Of a stretch of 64,000 bases of DNA, positions 49,629 to 60,900 are shown one piece after another. The translations under genes were made by a program, and so were the position numbers. How positions within the stretch are numbered: position 1 is the stretch's first letter; each line of letters opens with the position of its first letter. This DNA comes from an uncultured Gammaproteobacteria bacterium. Its GTDB lineage: Bacteria > Pseudomonadota > Gammaproteobacteria > SZUA-229. The notes under the pieces are model-generated. The model was not told where the DNA came from. It saw nothing but the letters and a program-made list of their open reading frames with translations, and did not search any database. Where the stretch lies: contig CAVQDO010000034.1 of NCBI GenBank assembly GCA_963711255.1, positions 10,553-74,552 of the forward strand, written 5' to 3'.

Positions 49629-51695
49629 ATGGCTAAATATACTCTAACGAATTCATTTTTGGTAAAAGCACAGGTAGAACCTTTATTCAAGGCTACCCTA
49701 CCTGGCGGTCTGGGCAATATCTTTTCAGCCTGCCTGATCTTAATGTTTCTTTATGGCAGTTCACAGCAATATCATGCTGTCATACTCTCAGCAGTCATTT
49801 CTTTATTGTCTTTATTACGAATCCTTGTATCAAGTCACTATCTTAATAAATGCACATACAGCATAAATAGTTATATATATGCGCATGTGCTGTTTACCTT
49901 TTTAATCGGCCTTTGCTGGGCCGGTTACGCCTATATGCAGTTGCATTCCGAAAGCGAGTCCTTAAGAAGCCTGGTAATCCTGGTTAATTTCGGTTTGATC
50001 GCTGCAAGTATTGCAACGCTCTCAACCTGGATGCCGGCCTATCTTGCCTACATGATTCCGCAGTCACTGGCGATCTTTTATGTATTTTTGAATATTGATA
50101 CCGGCTACAACATGCAGATGGGTGTTGCTTTGCTCATTTTTGTCGGCATCATGATAACAACCAGTATTCGCTTTAATAAGCGATTCAAGACAGAAATACA
50201 GCTTACTTATAATAACAAACAGTTAATTAATGATTTAAACAGTGAAATTGGTATACGCGAAGAGGTACAACTTGAGCTTGAGCACGGCAAAATGGAGCTG
50301 GAAAACAAGGTAGAAGAAAGAACCAAGGAACTGGTTGATATTAATTTAAGCCTTGAAAGTGTTATCGATAAAAAGGAAAAAGCCGAGCAGAGCCTGCAGT
50401 ACCTCGCCTATCATGATGAGCTAACAGGGCTTCCCAATAAAAGCCTGCTGGTCGACCGTATCAATCAGTCGATAAAAACATCTTCACGAGATGACCAGAA
50501 GATGGCGATACTGTTTCTCGATCTTGACCGATTTAAAACAATCAATGACAGCCTCGGGCATACTATTGGTGATGATTTATTAAAAGAAGTTTCGGCGAGG
50601 CTGCATAAGACCTTGCGTAATCACGATACTATTTCAAGAAATGGTGGTGATGAGTTTGTTGTTGTCCTGGAAAGACTGAAAAATACAGACGAAGCCATTC
50701 ACGTAGCCAAGAAAGTTATAAATTGCCTGACAGATACCTTCCACATACACTCACACCGAATTCACATTGGCGCCAGTATCGGCATCAGTATTTATCCATC
50801 AGATGGCGATACTCCCCTGATATTGTTACGTAATGCGGATACTGCGATGTATCGTGCCAAACAGGCTGGCGGAAACCAGTTGCAGTTCTACGACAAGAGT
50901 ATGTCGAATCAGCTGCACGATCGGCTGGTGCTGGAAAATGAATTACATACCGCGCTTGCGAATAATGAATTTTATATGGTTTATCAGCCGCAGGTAAATT
51001 GCAAAACTGGACTAACTACCGGTTTTGAATCCTTAATGCGCTGGAATAATAAAAATTATGGCGAGATTGGTCCGGACCGGTTTATACCACTGCTGGAAGA
51101 AACAGGACTGATTTATGACGTAGGACAGTGGATTGTTAACGAAGTTATTAATTTCATAGCAGCACAAGAGATTCATGATATCGGTTTTTCGATAAACCTG
51201 TCTGCATTGCAATGCAATAATTTTGACTTTATTGATTTTGTTAAAGGTGAAATTCGCAGGGCTGGTATTAATGCCTCGCAACTGGAATTTGAAATTACTG
51301 AATCGTTGTTAATTAAAGATTTCGAAAAAACAAAACTATTCCTTGATGAGTTGCATTCAATTGGCTGTTCGATTGCACTCGATGATTTTGGTACCGGTTA
51401 TACCTCAATGAGCTACCTGGCACGTTTACCTATCGATGTAATTAAAATCGATAAGTCCCTGGTACGTAATATCCATAATAACGAGAGCCTTCGCAGTATT
51501 GTTAAAGCCATTATTACCATGAGCAGCAGCCTGGGTAAAACCAATGTATTTGAAGGCATCGAAACCAATGCGGAACTCGCCGAAATCAAGAAACTGAATG
51601 GTACGATTATACAGGGCTACCTGTTTAGCAAACCGTTAAAAACTGTTGACATTGATGGCTGGCTTCACGCTGTTTGTGATATTAAGCAGGCCTAA
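49629..51695 (+). CDS. membrane-anchored diguanylate cyclase/phosphodiesterase (GGDEF-EAL) with N-terminal polytopic sensor domain
   Basis: N-terminal ~6 TM helices, a coiled coil, a GGDEF domain (RNGGDEF) and an EAL domain (QPQVNCKTG...EFEITES...DDFGTGY). Confidence 0.9.
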   Translation: MAKYTLTNSFLVKAQVEPLFKATLPGGLGNIFSACLILMFLYGSSQQYHAVILSAVISLLSLLRILVSSHYLNKCTYSINSYIYAHVLFTFLIGLCWAGYAYMQLHSESESLRSLVILVNFGLIAASIATLSTWMPAYLAYMIPQSLAIFYVFLNIDTGYNMQMGVALLIFVGIMITTSIRFNKRFKTEIQLTYNNKQLINDLNSEIGIREEVQLELEHGKMELENKVEERTKELVDINLSLESVIDKKEKAEQSLQYLAYHDELTGLPNKSLLVDRINQSIKTSSRDDQKMAILFLDLDRFKTINDSLGHTIGDDLLKEVSARLHKTLRNHDTISRNGGDEFVVVLERLKNTDEAIHVAKKVINCLTDTFHIHSHRIHIGASIGISIYPSDGDTPLILLRNADTAMYRAKQAGGNQLQFYDKSMSNQLHDRLVLENELHTALANNEFYMVYQPQVNCKTGLTTGFESLMRWNNKNYGEIGPDRFIPLLEETGLIYDVGQWIVNEVINFIAAQEIHDIGFSINLSALQCNNFDFIDFVKGEIRRAGINASQLEFEITESLLIKDFEKTKLFLDELHSIGCSIALDDFGTGYTSMSYLARLPIDVIKIDKSLVRNIHNNESLRSIVKAIITMSSSLGKTNVFEGIETNAELAEIKKLNGTIIQGYLFSKPLKTVDIDGWLHAVCDIKQA

Positions 51696-52750
51696 ACCTT
51701 CTCGTATAGGAACTGTCCGTTGCCATAGCTGTTGCCCTTGTTTGGGCTGAACATGGTTTTGCACAACACAAAATATTTGTTCCAGTGGTCAACCTCTTCA
51801 ATCGACAAATATTCAGGATAAAGTTGATCTATCGCTAGCCAGAATCGTTTGTGCCACTCATCAAGCGTTTTCCAGTAGTTTCTGCCATTCATAAACCAGC
51901 TGTCTACATATTTCAAATGTGTATCATGCCTTTGCGGTTCTTTGAATGGCCAGATGTGAGCACCCGGATAATAAACGCCCATATGCGTGTCTTCCGAATT
52001 TAAAAAGGCGGGGATGGTGTCAAATGAGACGATACAGTGGTGCAGGCATTTGCCGCCGGGTTTTAACAGTTGTGAAATGTTCTTTTGCAATGACGCTATG
52101 TTGGTTACATGCTCGAGTAAACCGATAGAAATGACCCGGTCAAAATAATTGCTCTCGATATCCAGTTCACTAGCATCATCAAAATAGGTTTGTATCAAGC
52201 GAAAGCGTGAACTGTCAATATCACTGTTATTAATGATTTTATTACGAATGTGGCTGGTTTGAACATCACTGGGGTTAATGCCAATAATGTTTACCTTTGG
52301 GAATGTCTCGAGTAAATATTTAGATAATCCGCCAAAGCCACAGCCTAAATCAAGGATGTTTTGCCCGTCCCTGATATCAGCACGTTCTATCAATAACTTG
52401 TATTTATTTTGTTGCGCCTGTTCCAGTGATATATCCTGGATCTTATCAGTATCGTTATTTATGCCATAAAACCCCATGGTATACGCCATGTAGTCTTTAT
52501 CAAGAAAAGCGAGGTAGGCCTGGTACTCTTCATTGTAATGGCTGAGAGAAGCATCCGCGATTGTTTTTTTAGCAATGTTTCCTTCGAAAGAATTAACTCC
52601 GTGTGATTCTGGCAGGTCATTATTGCCCTGCCAGCGTTTATATTCACGTTCGAAGTAACGCTCCATCTGTTGTTCAAATTTAGTTGTTTCGGCTGAGCCG
52701 TAACAGTAGATCCCATTGTCTTTGAGCTGGTTTATTATATTAGTAGGCAT
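51692..52750 (-). CDS. cyclopropane-fatty-acyl-phospholipid synthase-like SAM-dependent methyltransferase
   Basis: Class I SAM-binding motif ILDLGCGFGGLSKYL in a CFA-synthase/mycolic-acid-MT-like context. Confidence 0.75.
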   Translation of the reverse strand: MPTNIINQLKDNGIYCYGSAETTKFEQQMERYFEREYKRWQGNNDLPESHGVNSFEGNIAKKTIADASLSHYNEEYQAYLAFLDKDYMAYTMGFYGINNDTDKIQDISLEQAQQNKYKLLIERADIRDGQNILDLGCGFGGLSKYLLETFPKVNIIGINPSDVQTSHIRNKIINNSDIDSSRFRLIQTYFDDASELDIESNYFDRVISIGLLEHVTNIASLQKNISQLLKPGGKCLHHCIVSFDTIPAFLNSEDTHMGVYYPGAHIWPFKEPQRHDTHLKYVDSWFMNGRNYWKTLDEWHKRFWLAIDQLYPEYLSIEEVDHWNKYFVLCKTMFSPNKGNSYGNGQFLYEKV

Positions 52751-52752
52751 GC

Positions 52753-53967
52753 TTAATTATATTTCTTCAGGGCAATTACAGCGTTTAAACCGCCAAATGC
52801 GAATGAGTTACTCAGGGCAACATTGATGTCTTTTTTGCGGGCCGTATTAGGCACGTAATCCAGCGTACAGTCTTCAGCAGCTTCCGTGAAATTGACCGTT
52901 GGCGGAAGTATACCGTGGTAAATAGCCAGTACACTGGCGGCAACTTCCAGTGCACTTGAGGCGCCAAGGGCGTGTCCGTGAATTGATTTTGTTGAAGAAA
53001 CCGCCAGTTTATCTGCATGCTGTTTAAACACCCTTCTGATGGCCTCGGTTTCAGTGCTGTCATTTGCCATAGTTGCGGTGCCGTGTGCATTGATATAGTC
53101 AACATCTTCGGGTTGTAAACCGGCTTGTATCAGTGCAGTGCTGATTGCTTTGCATATGCCGTCAATATCTGGTCGGGTTATATGACCCGCATCAGAAGAC
53201 ATGCCGCTGCCGGCAAGTTCAGCATATATACGTGCATTTCGGGCTTTGGCGTGGCTTTCTGATTCCAGTACCAGCATCGCAGCGCCCTCACCTAAAACAA
53301 GCCCGCTGCGGTCTTTACAGAAAGGGCGACAGGTGTCATTCGATGCGACTCTGAGTGCTTCCCATGACTTTAACAGGCCATAGGTGAAGGGTGCGTCAGT
53401 AGCACCAACCAGTGCTACTTCAACCAGGCCTGCCTGAATCATCGCCATGCCCTGGATAATGGCATGTGAGCCCGAAGCGCAGGCGCTGGAAATCATAAAT
53501 GAAGGACCTTTAATACCAGAATGAGAGCAGACCATACTGGCGGCAGCACTCGGCATACCTTTTGGAATGGTTAGCGGATGCGCACGGGTGCGTTGATTTT
53601 TATACAACTGCTGATAGGTATCTTCATCGGTGTGTTTACCGCCGCAGCCACTGCCGATAATGGCGGCTGCATTTTTCAGGTGTTTATCACCCTTTTCCAT
53701 GCCGGCATCAGTTATTGCCTGACTGGCTGCGATTACGGCATATTGTGAGAATAGATCCAGTGTCGTCAGTTCATCAGCAGTAAAATAATCTTCAGGCTGG
53801 TAACCGTTCAGTATTGATGCTCGTGCAATTTTTGTTTCTGCATTGGGCAGTGAAAAATCATTTATCGCGCTGCGTCCACTCTTCAATGCATCCCAGAATG
53901 AATCGGTAGTTAAACCCGGACCTGAAACTACGCCTAGCCCGGTAATCATGACACGATTTTTTTGCAT
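52753..53967 (-). CDS. beta-ketoacyl-ACP synthase (KAS I/II-like)
   Basis: 404 aa thiolase fold; active-site Cys (SSACASGSHAI) and His motifs (HGTAT, HGHALGASSA). Confidence 0.9.
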   Translation of the reverse strand: MQKNRVMITGLGVVSGPGLTTDSFWDALKSGRSAINDFSLPNAETKIARASILNGYQPEDYFTADELTTLDLFSQYAVIAASQAITDAGMEKGDKHLKNAAAIIGSGCGGKHTDEDTYQQLYKNQRTRAHPLTIPKGMPSAAASMVCSHSGIKGPSFMISSACASGSHAIIQGMAMIQAGLVEVALVGATDAPFTYGLLKSWEALRVASNDTCRPFCKDRSGLVLGEGAAMLVLESESHAKARNARIYAELAGSGMSSDAGHITRPDIDGICKAISTALIQAGLQPEDVDYINAHGTATMANDSTETEAIRRVFKQHADKLAVSSTKSIHGHALGASSALEVAASVLAIYHGILPPTVNFTEAAEDCTLDYVPNTARKKDINVALSNSFAFGGLNAVIALKKYN

Positions 53968-53986
53968 GAATAATATTCAGGAAATG

Positions 53987-54214
53987 CTAGCCGCGCATTT
54001 CTTCTACCTTTATTAGAATATCATTCACAGTGACAATGGATGGGATGAGTTCGTTTGGGATTTCGATATCGAATGCCTCTTCGAGCTCAAACAGAACGGT
54101 GATGGCTTTTAGTGAATCAATACCTAAATTAATAAGTTCTGCTTCGGGTTTAACATCTTCGATGTTGCAATGACCAACATCAGCGATAATTTTTCTAACT
54201 GTATCTAATGGCAT
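53987..54214 (-). CDS. acyl carrier protein
   Basis: 75 aa; phosphopantetheine attachment site LGIDSLKAITVL. Confidence 0.85.
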   Translation of the reverse strand: MPLDTVRKIIADVGHCNIEDVKPEAELINLGIDSLKAITVLFELEEAFDIEIPNELIPSIVTVNDILIKVEEMRG

Positions 54215-54489
54215 AAATAGACCTTGTGCTGCTCAATTTCGGAAAGTGCCAGGTAGTTGAATATTTACAAAACTCAAACTTGGAAACACACCTCAGGTCC
54301 ATCTACGGCTGCTTGTATAGTACAAATATAGGCCTCTTACGTCTATATTTTTTTATAATTTAATTATTATATTTCAGCAAGATTCGTTTACTTTTTAATA
54401 CAAAATTTAACTTGCTGTCTATACTCTAGGTTGTATGATAGGTATATCAATCAAGTCAGTCGAATAACAATAATAATAAGGCAATACTA

Positions 54490-55557
54490 ATGAAGATTGA
54501 GCAAGAACAAAATGCCGTCCGTCGTACAGAAAGAAAAAAACTGCTTCATGGCTTTACCCAGTTCGGTACACGTTATGATTCCGAAACCAGTACTATCTGG
54601 TGCTGGATGCAACCCCGCCCCCGCCCCTGTATCAACCTGACTTTAATTGAGGAGTTAATACAGCTTCAGCAGCAACTGACTACCACCTATAAAAATCAGG
54701 ACCCCGACACCACCTGGCCTTTTCGCCACCTGATACTGGCATCAAAAATAAACGGGATATATAACCTGGGCGGTGATCTATCGTTGTTTAAGCAATGCAT
54801 CGAAAATAAAGATGAAGAGAAGCTGAGAGATTACGCCTACAAATGCGTCAGCCTGGTACATCGTAATGTCAATAATCTTGATTTGCCCATTACCATGGTT
54901 TCACTGGTTCAGGGGCAGGCACTGGGAGGCGGCTTTGAAACAGCGCTATCCTGTGATGTCATCATTGCAGAGCGCAGATCCCAGCTCGGTTTCCCTGAAA
55001 TACTGTTTAATCTATTCCCCGGTATGGGCGCTTATAACCTGCTGGCGCGAAGAATAGGCTCTGCACTGGCTGAGCGAATAATATTAAGTGGTAAGACCTA
55101 CAGCGCCGAAGAGCTTTATGAAATGGGTGTTATTGATGTGCTGGCAGAGAATGGCAAAGGTGTTCAGGCGACAGAAACATATCTGAAAAGCCATAACCAG
55201 TCGCACAATACCATTCGTTCAATGAAACGTATTCGTCAGATTGTGCATCCGGTAACACGTCAGAATCTTTTTGATATTGTCGATATCTGGGTAGAAGCAG
55301 CAATGGATCTGAGTAAAAAAGATCTGGCTAAACTCGAACGCCTGTTGCATCTGCAGATAACACAGAAAGACAGCCAGGTTATTCAGCAGCAGGATATGAC
55401 CTTGACGAAGCGTCGCGGGGACTGGCGAAAAGTGACAGAAGTAAGTTTCCCGCTTAAAACACATTTAGGTGAAGATGTTTTGCATAACAGAAGAAAAGCC
55501 GACTGCCGCAGACAAACCCGGGAAGAAAGCCGAAACAGGATAGAAACCACAAAGTAG
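54490..55557 (+). CDS. crotonase-fold (enoyl-CoA hydratase/isomerase family) protein with C-terminal extension
   Basis: Oxyanion-hole region ALGGGFETALSCDVIIAE and a GGDLS motif; ~100 aa extra basic C-terminus. Confidence 0.7.
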   Translation: MKIEQEQNAVRRTERKKLLHGFTQFGTRYDSETSTIWCWMQPRPRPCINLTLIEELIQLQQQLTTTYKNQDPDTTWPFRHLILASKINGIYNLGGDLSLFKQCIENKDEEKLRDYAYKCVSLVHRNVNNLDLPITMVSLVQGQALGGGFETALSCDVIIAERRSQLGFPEILFNLFPGMGAYNLLARRIGSALAERIILSGKTYSAEELYEMGVIDVLAENGKGVQATETYLKSHNQSHNTIRSMKRIRQIVHPVTRQNLFDIVDIWVEAAMDLSKKDLAKLERLLHLQITQKDSQVIQQQDMTLTKRRGDWRKVTEVSFPLKTHLGEDVLHNRRKADCRRQTREESRNRIETTK

Positions 55558-55598
55558 TAATTCTCCACTATTATCTATAGTAAGGCCATTGTATAGGT

Positions 55599-56351
55599 GT
55601 GTACTTGCTTAAATCTATTTCTAACCTGATTGTACTGCCACTTGTCTGGCTGCTTCTTATTGTCCTGAGTATTGTGCTTTATTTGTTATCGCTTTTACCG
55701 CGCACATTTTCCGTTAGTTATTACCATTCCCTGTCTCGTTTCTGGTGCAGGGTATTTGTTCGCGCGCTGGATACAGATTTGAAGCTGGTCCATAAAAATA
55801 CCAGGCCATTACCCGAACATTATATCCTCGTTGCCAACCACCCTTCTGCGTTTGAAGACTTTGCTATACCCGCGCTATTTGATATCTATCCATTAGCAAA
55901 AACGGGGGTACGTGACTGGCTGTTACTGGGACGAATTAGTGATTACGCGGGCACCATTTACGTAGAACGTAAAAATGCAGAATCGAGACATAGCGCTCTG
56001 CAGTCATTAATCGAGACGGTTCAAAATGGTAAAAATATTGTTATCTTTCCTGAAGGTGGCTGCCACGGGCGAAGAATTTACCATACGTTTCATACCGGTG
56101 CCTTTGACATTTCGCTGCAATCGGGTATTCCGGTGGTGCCAGTATTTCTTCACTATATTGATCAGGATGCCTTCGAGTGGAAGAATGAAAGCCTGCCGCT
56201 CAAGCTATGGCAAATATTTAAAACCAGTAATAAGCTCGTTAACTATTATGTTTACGATGCTTATTTGCCATCTGATTTTGATGATAAGGAAAGTTTTGCA
56301 AAGCATGTGCATGAGCAATACCTGCTCTGGCAGCAAGAGTATCTTGATTAA
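55599..56351 (+). CDS. lysophospholipid (1-acylglycerol-3-phosphate) acyltransferase family protein
   Basis: GTG start. N-terminal TM helix, an HX4D motif (NHPSAFEDF) and an FPEGG motif. Confidence 0.8.
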   Translation: MYLLKSISNLIVLPLVWLLLIVLSIVLYLLSLLPRTFSVSYYHSLSRFWCRVFVRALDTDLKLVHKNTRPLPEHYILVANHPSAFEDFAIPALFDIYPLAKTGVRDWLLLGRISDYAGTIYVERKNAESRHSALQSLIETVQNGKNIVIFPEGGCHGRRIYHTFHTGAFDISLQSGIPVVPVFLHYIDQDAFEWKNESLPLKLWQIFKTSNKLVNYYVYDAYLPSDFDDKESFAKHVHEQYLLWQQEYLD

Positions 56352-56356
56352 TTTTT

Positions 56357-57241
56357 CTACTGGTTCAGGTCTTTTTTGGATTGCAGGCTGCTGCCTGGCA
56401 GCTGGTAGTATTTAAATACAGTGGATGTTTTATTATAAGAGTGTCGCCGGAAGAAATCGGTTAGATTGATGCCAATACCCAGAAACAGGTTGCGTTCTTT
56501 TGCCGCATTCGGATCGGCAAATCCGCGGGTATAATAGCCGGCGTGTAATTCTATATGTTTTAAAAAACTGTCTCTCGCAAATTCAAAACCATTGAATTTT
56601 AGAGCCAGTAAATATTTCGAATTTTCATAATCGGTGGAGAAATCAGAAGAGCCTGAATCGGGAAAATATTCCCAGCGAAAATCGAGTTTATTTGACAGCT
56701 CAGGATTTATATAAGAAAAATAAGCAAAGGTGATACCCGCAATATTAGCGACCATGTCCTCTTTCGAAAAACCAAATTCGCTGAAGGAATCACCTATCTC
56801 CATGTAACCAACAATAGCCAGGCTGGATAAAGCACCGTAAATTGCAGCGTCACGTTTATTAATGCACCAGTACTCGTACAGGCTGGATAAGCCGTGAGCG
56901 GTAACATAACTGGTATATGCATGGCCCAGTTTGTCAGCGCCGCCCGATTTGGTGTCATTATTAAACCAGCCCTCAGAGCTGGCCGTTGGTGAGGTCGTAA
57001 AATAGTCCCACTTGGCAACACCCCATACAGTAATAATAGCTATACCGCTAAGATTTACAGTTAGGATTTTGCTGTTTTTCTGAGACCGGGAAAGTTCTTC
57101 AGTGCAGCCGTCATCCAGTGCAAACCATGCTGTATTACTTGCGCTAAACGGCTGACCATCCGTAGTAGCGTAAGCCGAATTGAATAGTTGCATAGACAAC
57201 AGAATGAGCAGCAGTAATTTTTTTACAGTGATGACTTTCAT
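56357..57241 (-). CDS. secreted protein of unknown function (possibly DUF2279-like)
   Basis: Signal peptide (MKVITVKKLLLLILLSMQLFNSAYA), a GADKLGHAYTSY motif and Ser/Tyr/Phe-rich sequence. The family assignment is weak. Confidence 0.4.
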   Translation of the reverse strand: MKVITVKKLLLLILLSMQLFNSAYATTDGQPFSASNTAWFALDDGCTEELSRSQKNSKILTVNLSGIAIITVWGVAKWDYFTTSPTASSEGWFNNDTKSGGADKLGHAYTSYVTAHGLSSLYEYWCINKRDAAIYGALSSLAIVGYMEIGDSFSEFGFSKEDMVANIAGITFAYFSYINPELSNKLDFRWEYFPDSGSSDFSTDYENSKYLLALKFNGFEFARDSFLKHIELHAGYYTRGFADPNAAKERNLFLGIGINLTDFFRRHSYNKTSTVFKYYQLPGSSLQSKKDLNQ

Positions 57242-57777
57242 ATTAAAGAATATTGACTCGCCCATCTCAGAAAGTTACCCTAGAATGACCTGACTTGAAT
57301 TGCTATATATCAAATACGGATGCTGCTAACGCTGCAAAGTGTCTGTTCGTTATTCTACAACCAGTATATTTCTGAGTTTCACTCTATTTTAATTAGCCGT
57401 TACATAACTGAATACTTTTTTAAGCTGCGTCTGTAACCAGGTGTGCTATATTAGGTTTTAATTATATTTAAATCAGTGCTTTAGCTGAAACGATCATTGT
57501 CAGAGATTTTCGTTAACAAGAGAAAAAGATGAACAACTGCAGATTAGAATGATACTGCTGCGCTGTTAACTTCATCGTTCCTAATTAATAATGCTATATG
57601 TTGCTGTATTTATAGTATATAATTCGCACCTCAATTTCGGGTGCACTTCGGTCTGTACCCTTGTAGTAGCAGTAATTAATAGTAATTACATACGCACATT
57701 CTTGTTTCCGCCTGGACCGACTCATTGTTAGATTATTGAGCGGGCTGTTATAGACACTAGTGCTGGAGAACATTTTA

Positions 57778-59166
57778 ATGTCATTTGAATCACTCGGTCT
57801 TATGGCCGAATTGCATCGTGCTGTATCCGAAAAAGGTTACAGCGAACCAACGCCTATTCAAAAACAGGCCATACCCTTAATACTGGAAGGCCGCGATTTG
57901 ATGGGCGGTGCACAAACCGGTACCGGTAAAACGGCTGGTTTTACCCTGCCCTTATTGCAACGCCTGATGGAAACTCAAAACACGAATCCTGCTAAAGGCC
58001 GTCGTCCTATTCGAGCTTTGGTACTCACTCCAACGCGTGAACTGGCCGCACAGGTTGCTGACAGCGTTATTAATTATGGCAGGCACCTGCCGCTGAAATC
58101 TACGGTTGTCTTCGGCGGCGTCAGCATCAACCCGCAGAAAATGAAGCTGATCAAAGGTGTTGATATTCTGGTCGCAACCCCGGGACGTTTACTGGATCAT
58201 GTGGGCCAGAAAACAGCCGATCTTTCCCAGATTGATATCCTGGTACTGGATGAAGCCGACCGTATGCTGGATATGGGTTTTATTCACGATATTAAAAAAG
58301 TTCTCGCGCTGTTGCCTAAAAATAAACAGACGCTACTGTTCTCGGCAACATTTTCCGATGATATTAAAAAGCTGGCTAACAGCCTGCTTAAATCACCGGC
58401 GCTGATTGAAGTAGCCAGAAGCAATGCAGCAACAGAAACTGTCACACAGGTTGTACACCCGGTTGATAAAAGCCGTAAACGTGAACTACTTTCTTTTTTA
58501 ATCGGTTCCAACAACTGGCAGCAGGTACTGGTTTTTAACCGTACCAAGCACGGTGCCAATCGTCTTGCCGAACAGTTAAACAAAGATGGTATAACCGCAG
58601 CAGCTATACATGGTAATAAGAGCCAGGGCGCACGCACTAGAGCACTGGCTGATTTTAAAGCAGGAAAGGTTCGTGTACTGGTAGCGACTGATATTGCGGC
58701 TCGTGGCATCGATATTGATCAACTGCCGCATGTGGTTAACTTCGAGTTGCCTAATGTAGCTGAAGATTATGTGCATCGAATTGGACGAACCGGCCGTGCT
58801 GGTAATGAAGGTGAAGCCATGTCACTGGTCTGTGTCGATGAGCTTAAACTGCTCAAAGATATTGAGAAGCTTATTAAACGTGACATTCCCAGTGTAACTA
58901 TTGAAGGTTATGACCCGGATCCAAAGATCAAGGCTGAGCCCATTCAAAATGGCAGAAATAAGGGCAATAATAGCGGACGAGGCAGACGCCAGGCGCCGGC
59001 AAATAAAACGCCTCGTGCTGGTAAGAACGCAAGAAAGCGTGCCTCAGATCGTAATGGTAACGGTTCCAGTGATAACACTTCTTCGCCCTGGAGTAGCCAG
59101 TCAAGAAGCAGTAATGGAAACAAAAAGAACACAAATAATCAGAATCGCTCACGCAACGCTGCTTAA
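57778..59166 (+). CDS. rhlE: DEAD-box ATP-dependent RNA helicase RhlE-like
   Basis: Collinear with E. coli RhlE from MSFDSLGL. All DEAD-box motifs are present, with a Gly/Arg/Asn/Ser-rich C-terminal tail. Confidence 0.9.
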   Translation: MSFESLGLMAELHRAVSEKGYSEPTPIQKQAIPLILEGRDLMGGAQTGTGKTAGFTLPLLQRLMETQNTNPAKGRRPIRALVLTPTRELAAQVADSVINYGRHLPLKSTVVFGGVSINPQKMKLIKGVDILVATPGRLLDHVGQKTADLSQIDILVLDEADRMLDMGFIHDIKKVLALLPKNKQTLLFSATFSDDIKKLANSLLKSPALIEVARSNAATETVTQVVHPVDKSRKRELLSFLIGSNNWQQVLVFNRTKHGANRLAEQLNKDGITAAAIHGNKSQGARTRALADFKAGKVRVLVATDIAARGIDIDQLPHVVNFELPNVAEDYVHRIGRTGRAGNEGEAMSLVCVDELKLLKDIEKLIKRDIPSVTIEGYDPDPKIKAEPIQNGRNKGNNSGRGRRQAPANKTPRAGKNARKRASDRNGNGSSDNTSSPWSSQSRSSNGNKKNTNNQNRSRNAA

Positions 59167-59230
59167 CAAGCGATGGATTTATAATTTACACCTGGTCCTT
59201 AAAAACTAAATTTATACCCGGAAATAAACT

Positions 59231-60841
59231 ATGTTAGTAACAGCAAATATTACAATGCAATTTGGCCCCAAGCCGCTGTTTGAAAATGTCTCTGTTAAGT
59301 TTGGTGATGGTAACCGCTATGGTTTAATCGGTGCCAACGGTTGTGGTAAATCAACCTTCATGAAAATACTTGGTGGTGATCTCGAAGCCACCGCTGGCAA
59401 TGTTTCAAAAGATCCAAACGAACGTATTGGTAAATTAAAACAGGACCAGTTTGCTTACGAAGAAATTAATGTCATCGACACCGTATTGATGGGGCACGAA
59501 GAACTGTGGGCGATTAAATCAGAAAAAGATGCGATATATGCCAACCCGGAAATGACAGAAGCCGATGGTATTCGTGCCGGAGACCTGGAGGCAGAGTTTG
59601 CCGAGATTGATGGTTATTCAGCAGAAGCGCGTGCCGGTGAATTGCTGCTTGGTGTTGGTATTCCAACCGAACAGCATTATGGCCCGATGAGTGAAGTAGC
59701 GCCAGGCTGGAAGTTGCGTGTCCTGCTGGCCCAGGTGCTGTTTTCCGAGCCTGATATCATGCTGCTGGATGAGCCTACCAATAACCTGGATATTAATACT
59801 ATTCGCTGGCTCGAAGGCGTGTTGAATGATCGCAACTGTACTATGATCATCATCTCGCATGACCGTCACTTCCTCAACAGCGTCTGTACGCATATGGCTG
59901 ACCTGGACTATGGTGAAGTTCGCATGTATCCGGGTTCATACGATGAGTACATGATTGCTTCGACCCAGGTTGCAGAGCGTTTACAATCTGAAAATGCTAA
60001 AAAGAAAGCACAAATTGCAGAACTGAAATCTTTTGTCAGCCGCTTCTCGGCAAATGCGTCAAAATCAAAACAGGCGACATCACGTGCCAAGCAGATCGAT
60101 AAAATACAACTGGCCGAAGTTAAACCTTCCAGTCGTAAAAACCCCTACATTTATTTTGAAGAAGATAAAAAGCTGCATCGACTGGCACTCGAAGTTGAAG
60201 GCCTGGCTAAAAGTTATGATGACTACCTGTTTGCCAACCTCGACCTGATGGTCGAAGTTGGAGAACGCATAGCGATTATCGGCCCTAACGGTATAGGTAA
60301 AACCACCCTGCTGCGCTGTCTGTATGGTGACCTTGAAGCCTCTGCCGGTGTCGTGAAGTGGTCAGAAAATGCACAGCTTGGTTATTACGCACAGGATCAC
60401 GCGGCTGATTTTGAAGATGATAAAACATTAATCGACTGGATGAATCAATGGGGCAAGGAGACTGATGACGAGCAGTCAATTCGCGGTACCCTGGGACGTT
60501 TGCTGTTTTCATCAGATGATATCAATAAGAAGGTCAGTGTATTATCGGGTGGTGAACAGGGCCGCATGCTGTTTGGAAAACTCATGCTGCAGCGTAACAA
60601 TATATTGTTGATGGACGAACCAACGAACCACCTGGATATGGAATCCATCGAGTCACTTAATCTTGCACTGGAAAATTATCCGGGCACCCTGTTCTTTGTC
60701 AGTCACGATCGTGAATTCGTTTCTTCACTGGCAACGCGCATCATCGAGATGACGCCGAAAGGTATCGTTGATTTCCGTGGAAACTATGAAGATTATCTTG
60801 CCAGTCAGCAGATGGAACAGGGTAAACAGAAAGCCTCATAA
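59231..60841 (+). CDS. ybiT: ABC-F family ATPase YbiT
   Basis: 536 aa with two ABC cassettes and no TM domain. Near-collinear with E. coli YbiT ([25 protein letters not shown]...). Confidence 0.92.
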   Translation: MLVTANITMQFGPKPLFENVSVKFGDGNRYGLIGANGCGKSTFMKILGGDLEATAGNVSKDPNERIGKLKQDQFAYEEINVIDTVLMGHEELWAIKSEKDAIYANPEMTEADGIRAGDLEAEFAEIDGYSAEARAGELLLGVGIPTEQHYGPMSEVAPGWKLRVLLAQVLFSEPDIMLLDEPTNNLDINTIRWLEGVLNDRNCTMIIISHDRHFLNSVCTHMADLDYGEVRMYPGSYDEYMIASTQVAERLQSENAKKKAQIAELKSFVSRFSANASKSKQATSRAKQIDKIQLAEVKPSSRKNPYIYFEEDKKLHRLALEVEGLAKSYDDYLFANLDLMVEVGERIAIIGPNGIGKTTLLRCLYGDLEASAGVVKWSENAQLGYYAQDHAADFEDDKTLIDWMNQWGKETDDEQSIRGTLGRLLFSSDDINKKVSVLSGGEQGRMLFGKLMLQRNNILLMDEPTNHLDMESIESLNLALENYPGTLFFVSHDREFVSSLATRIIEMTPKGIVDFRGNYEDYLASQQMEQGKQKAS

Positions 60842-60900
60842 GCTGATGTTGGTCATTGCTTGCGGCAACAGCTGTTACCCAGGGAATTTGTCCCCCGGCT

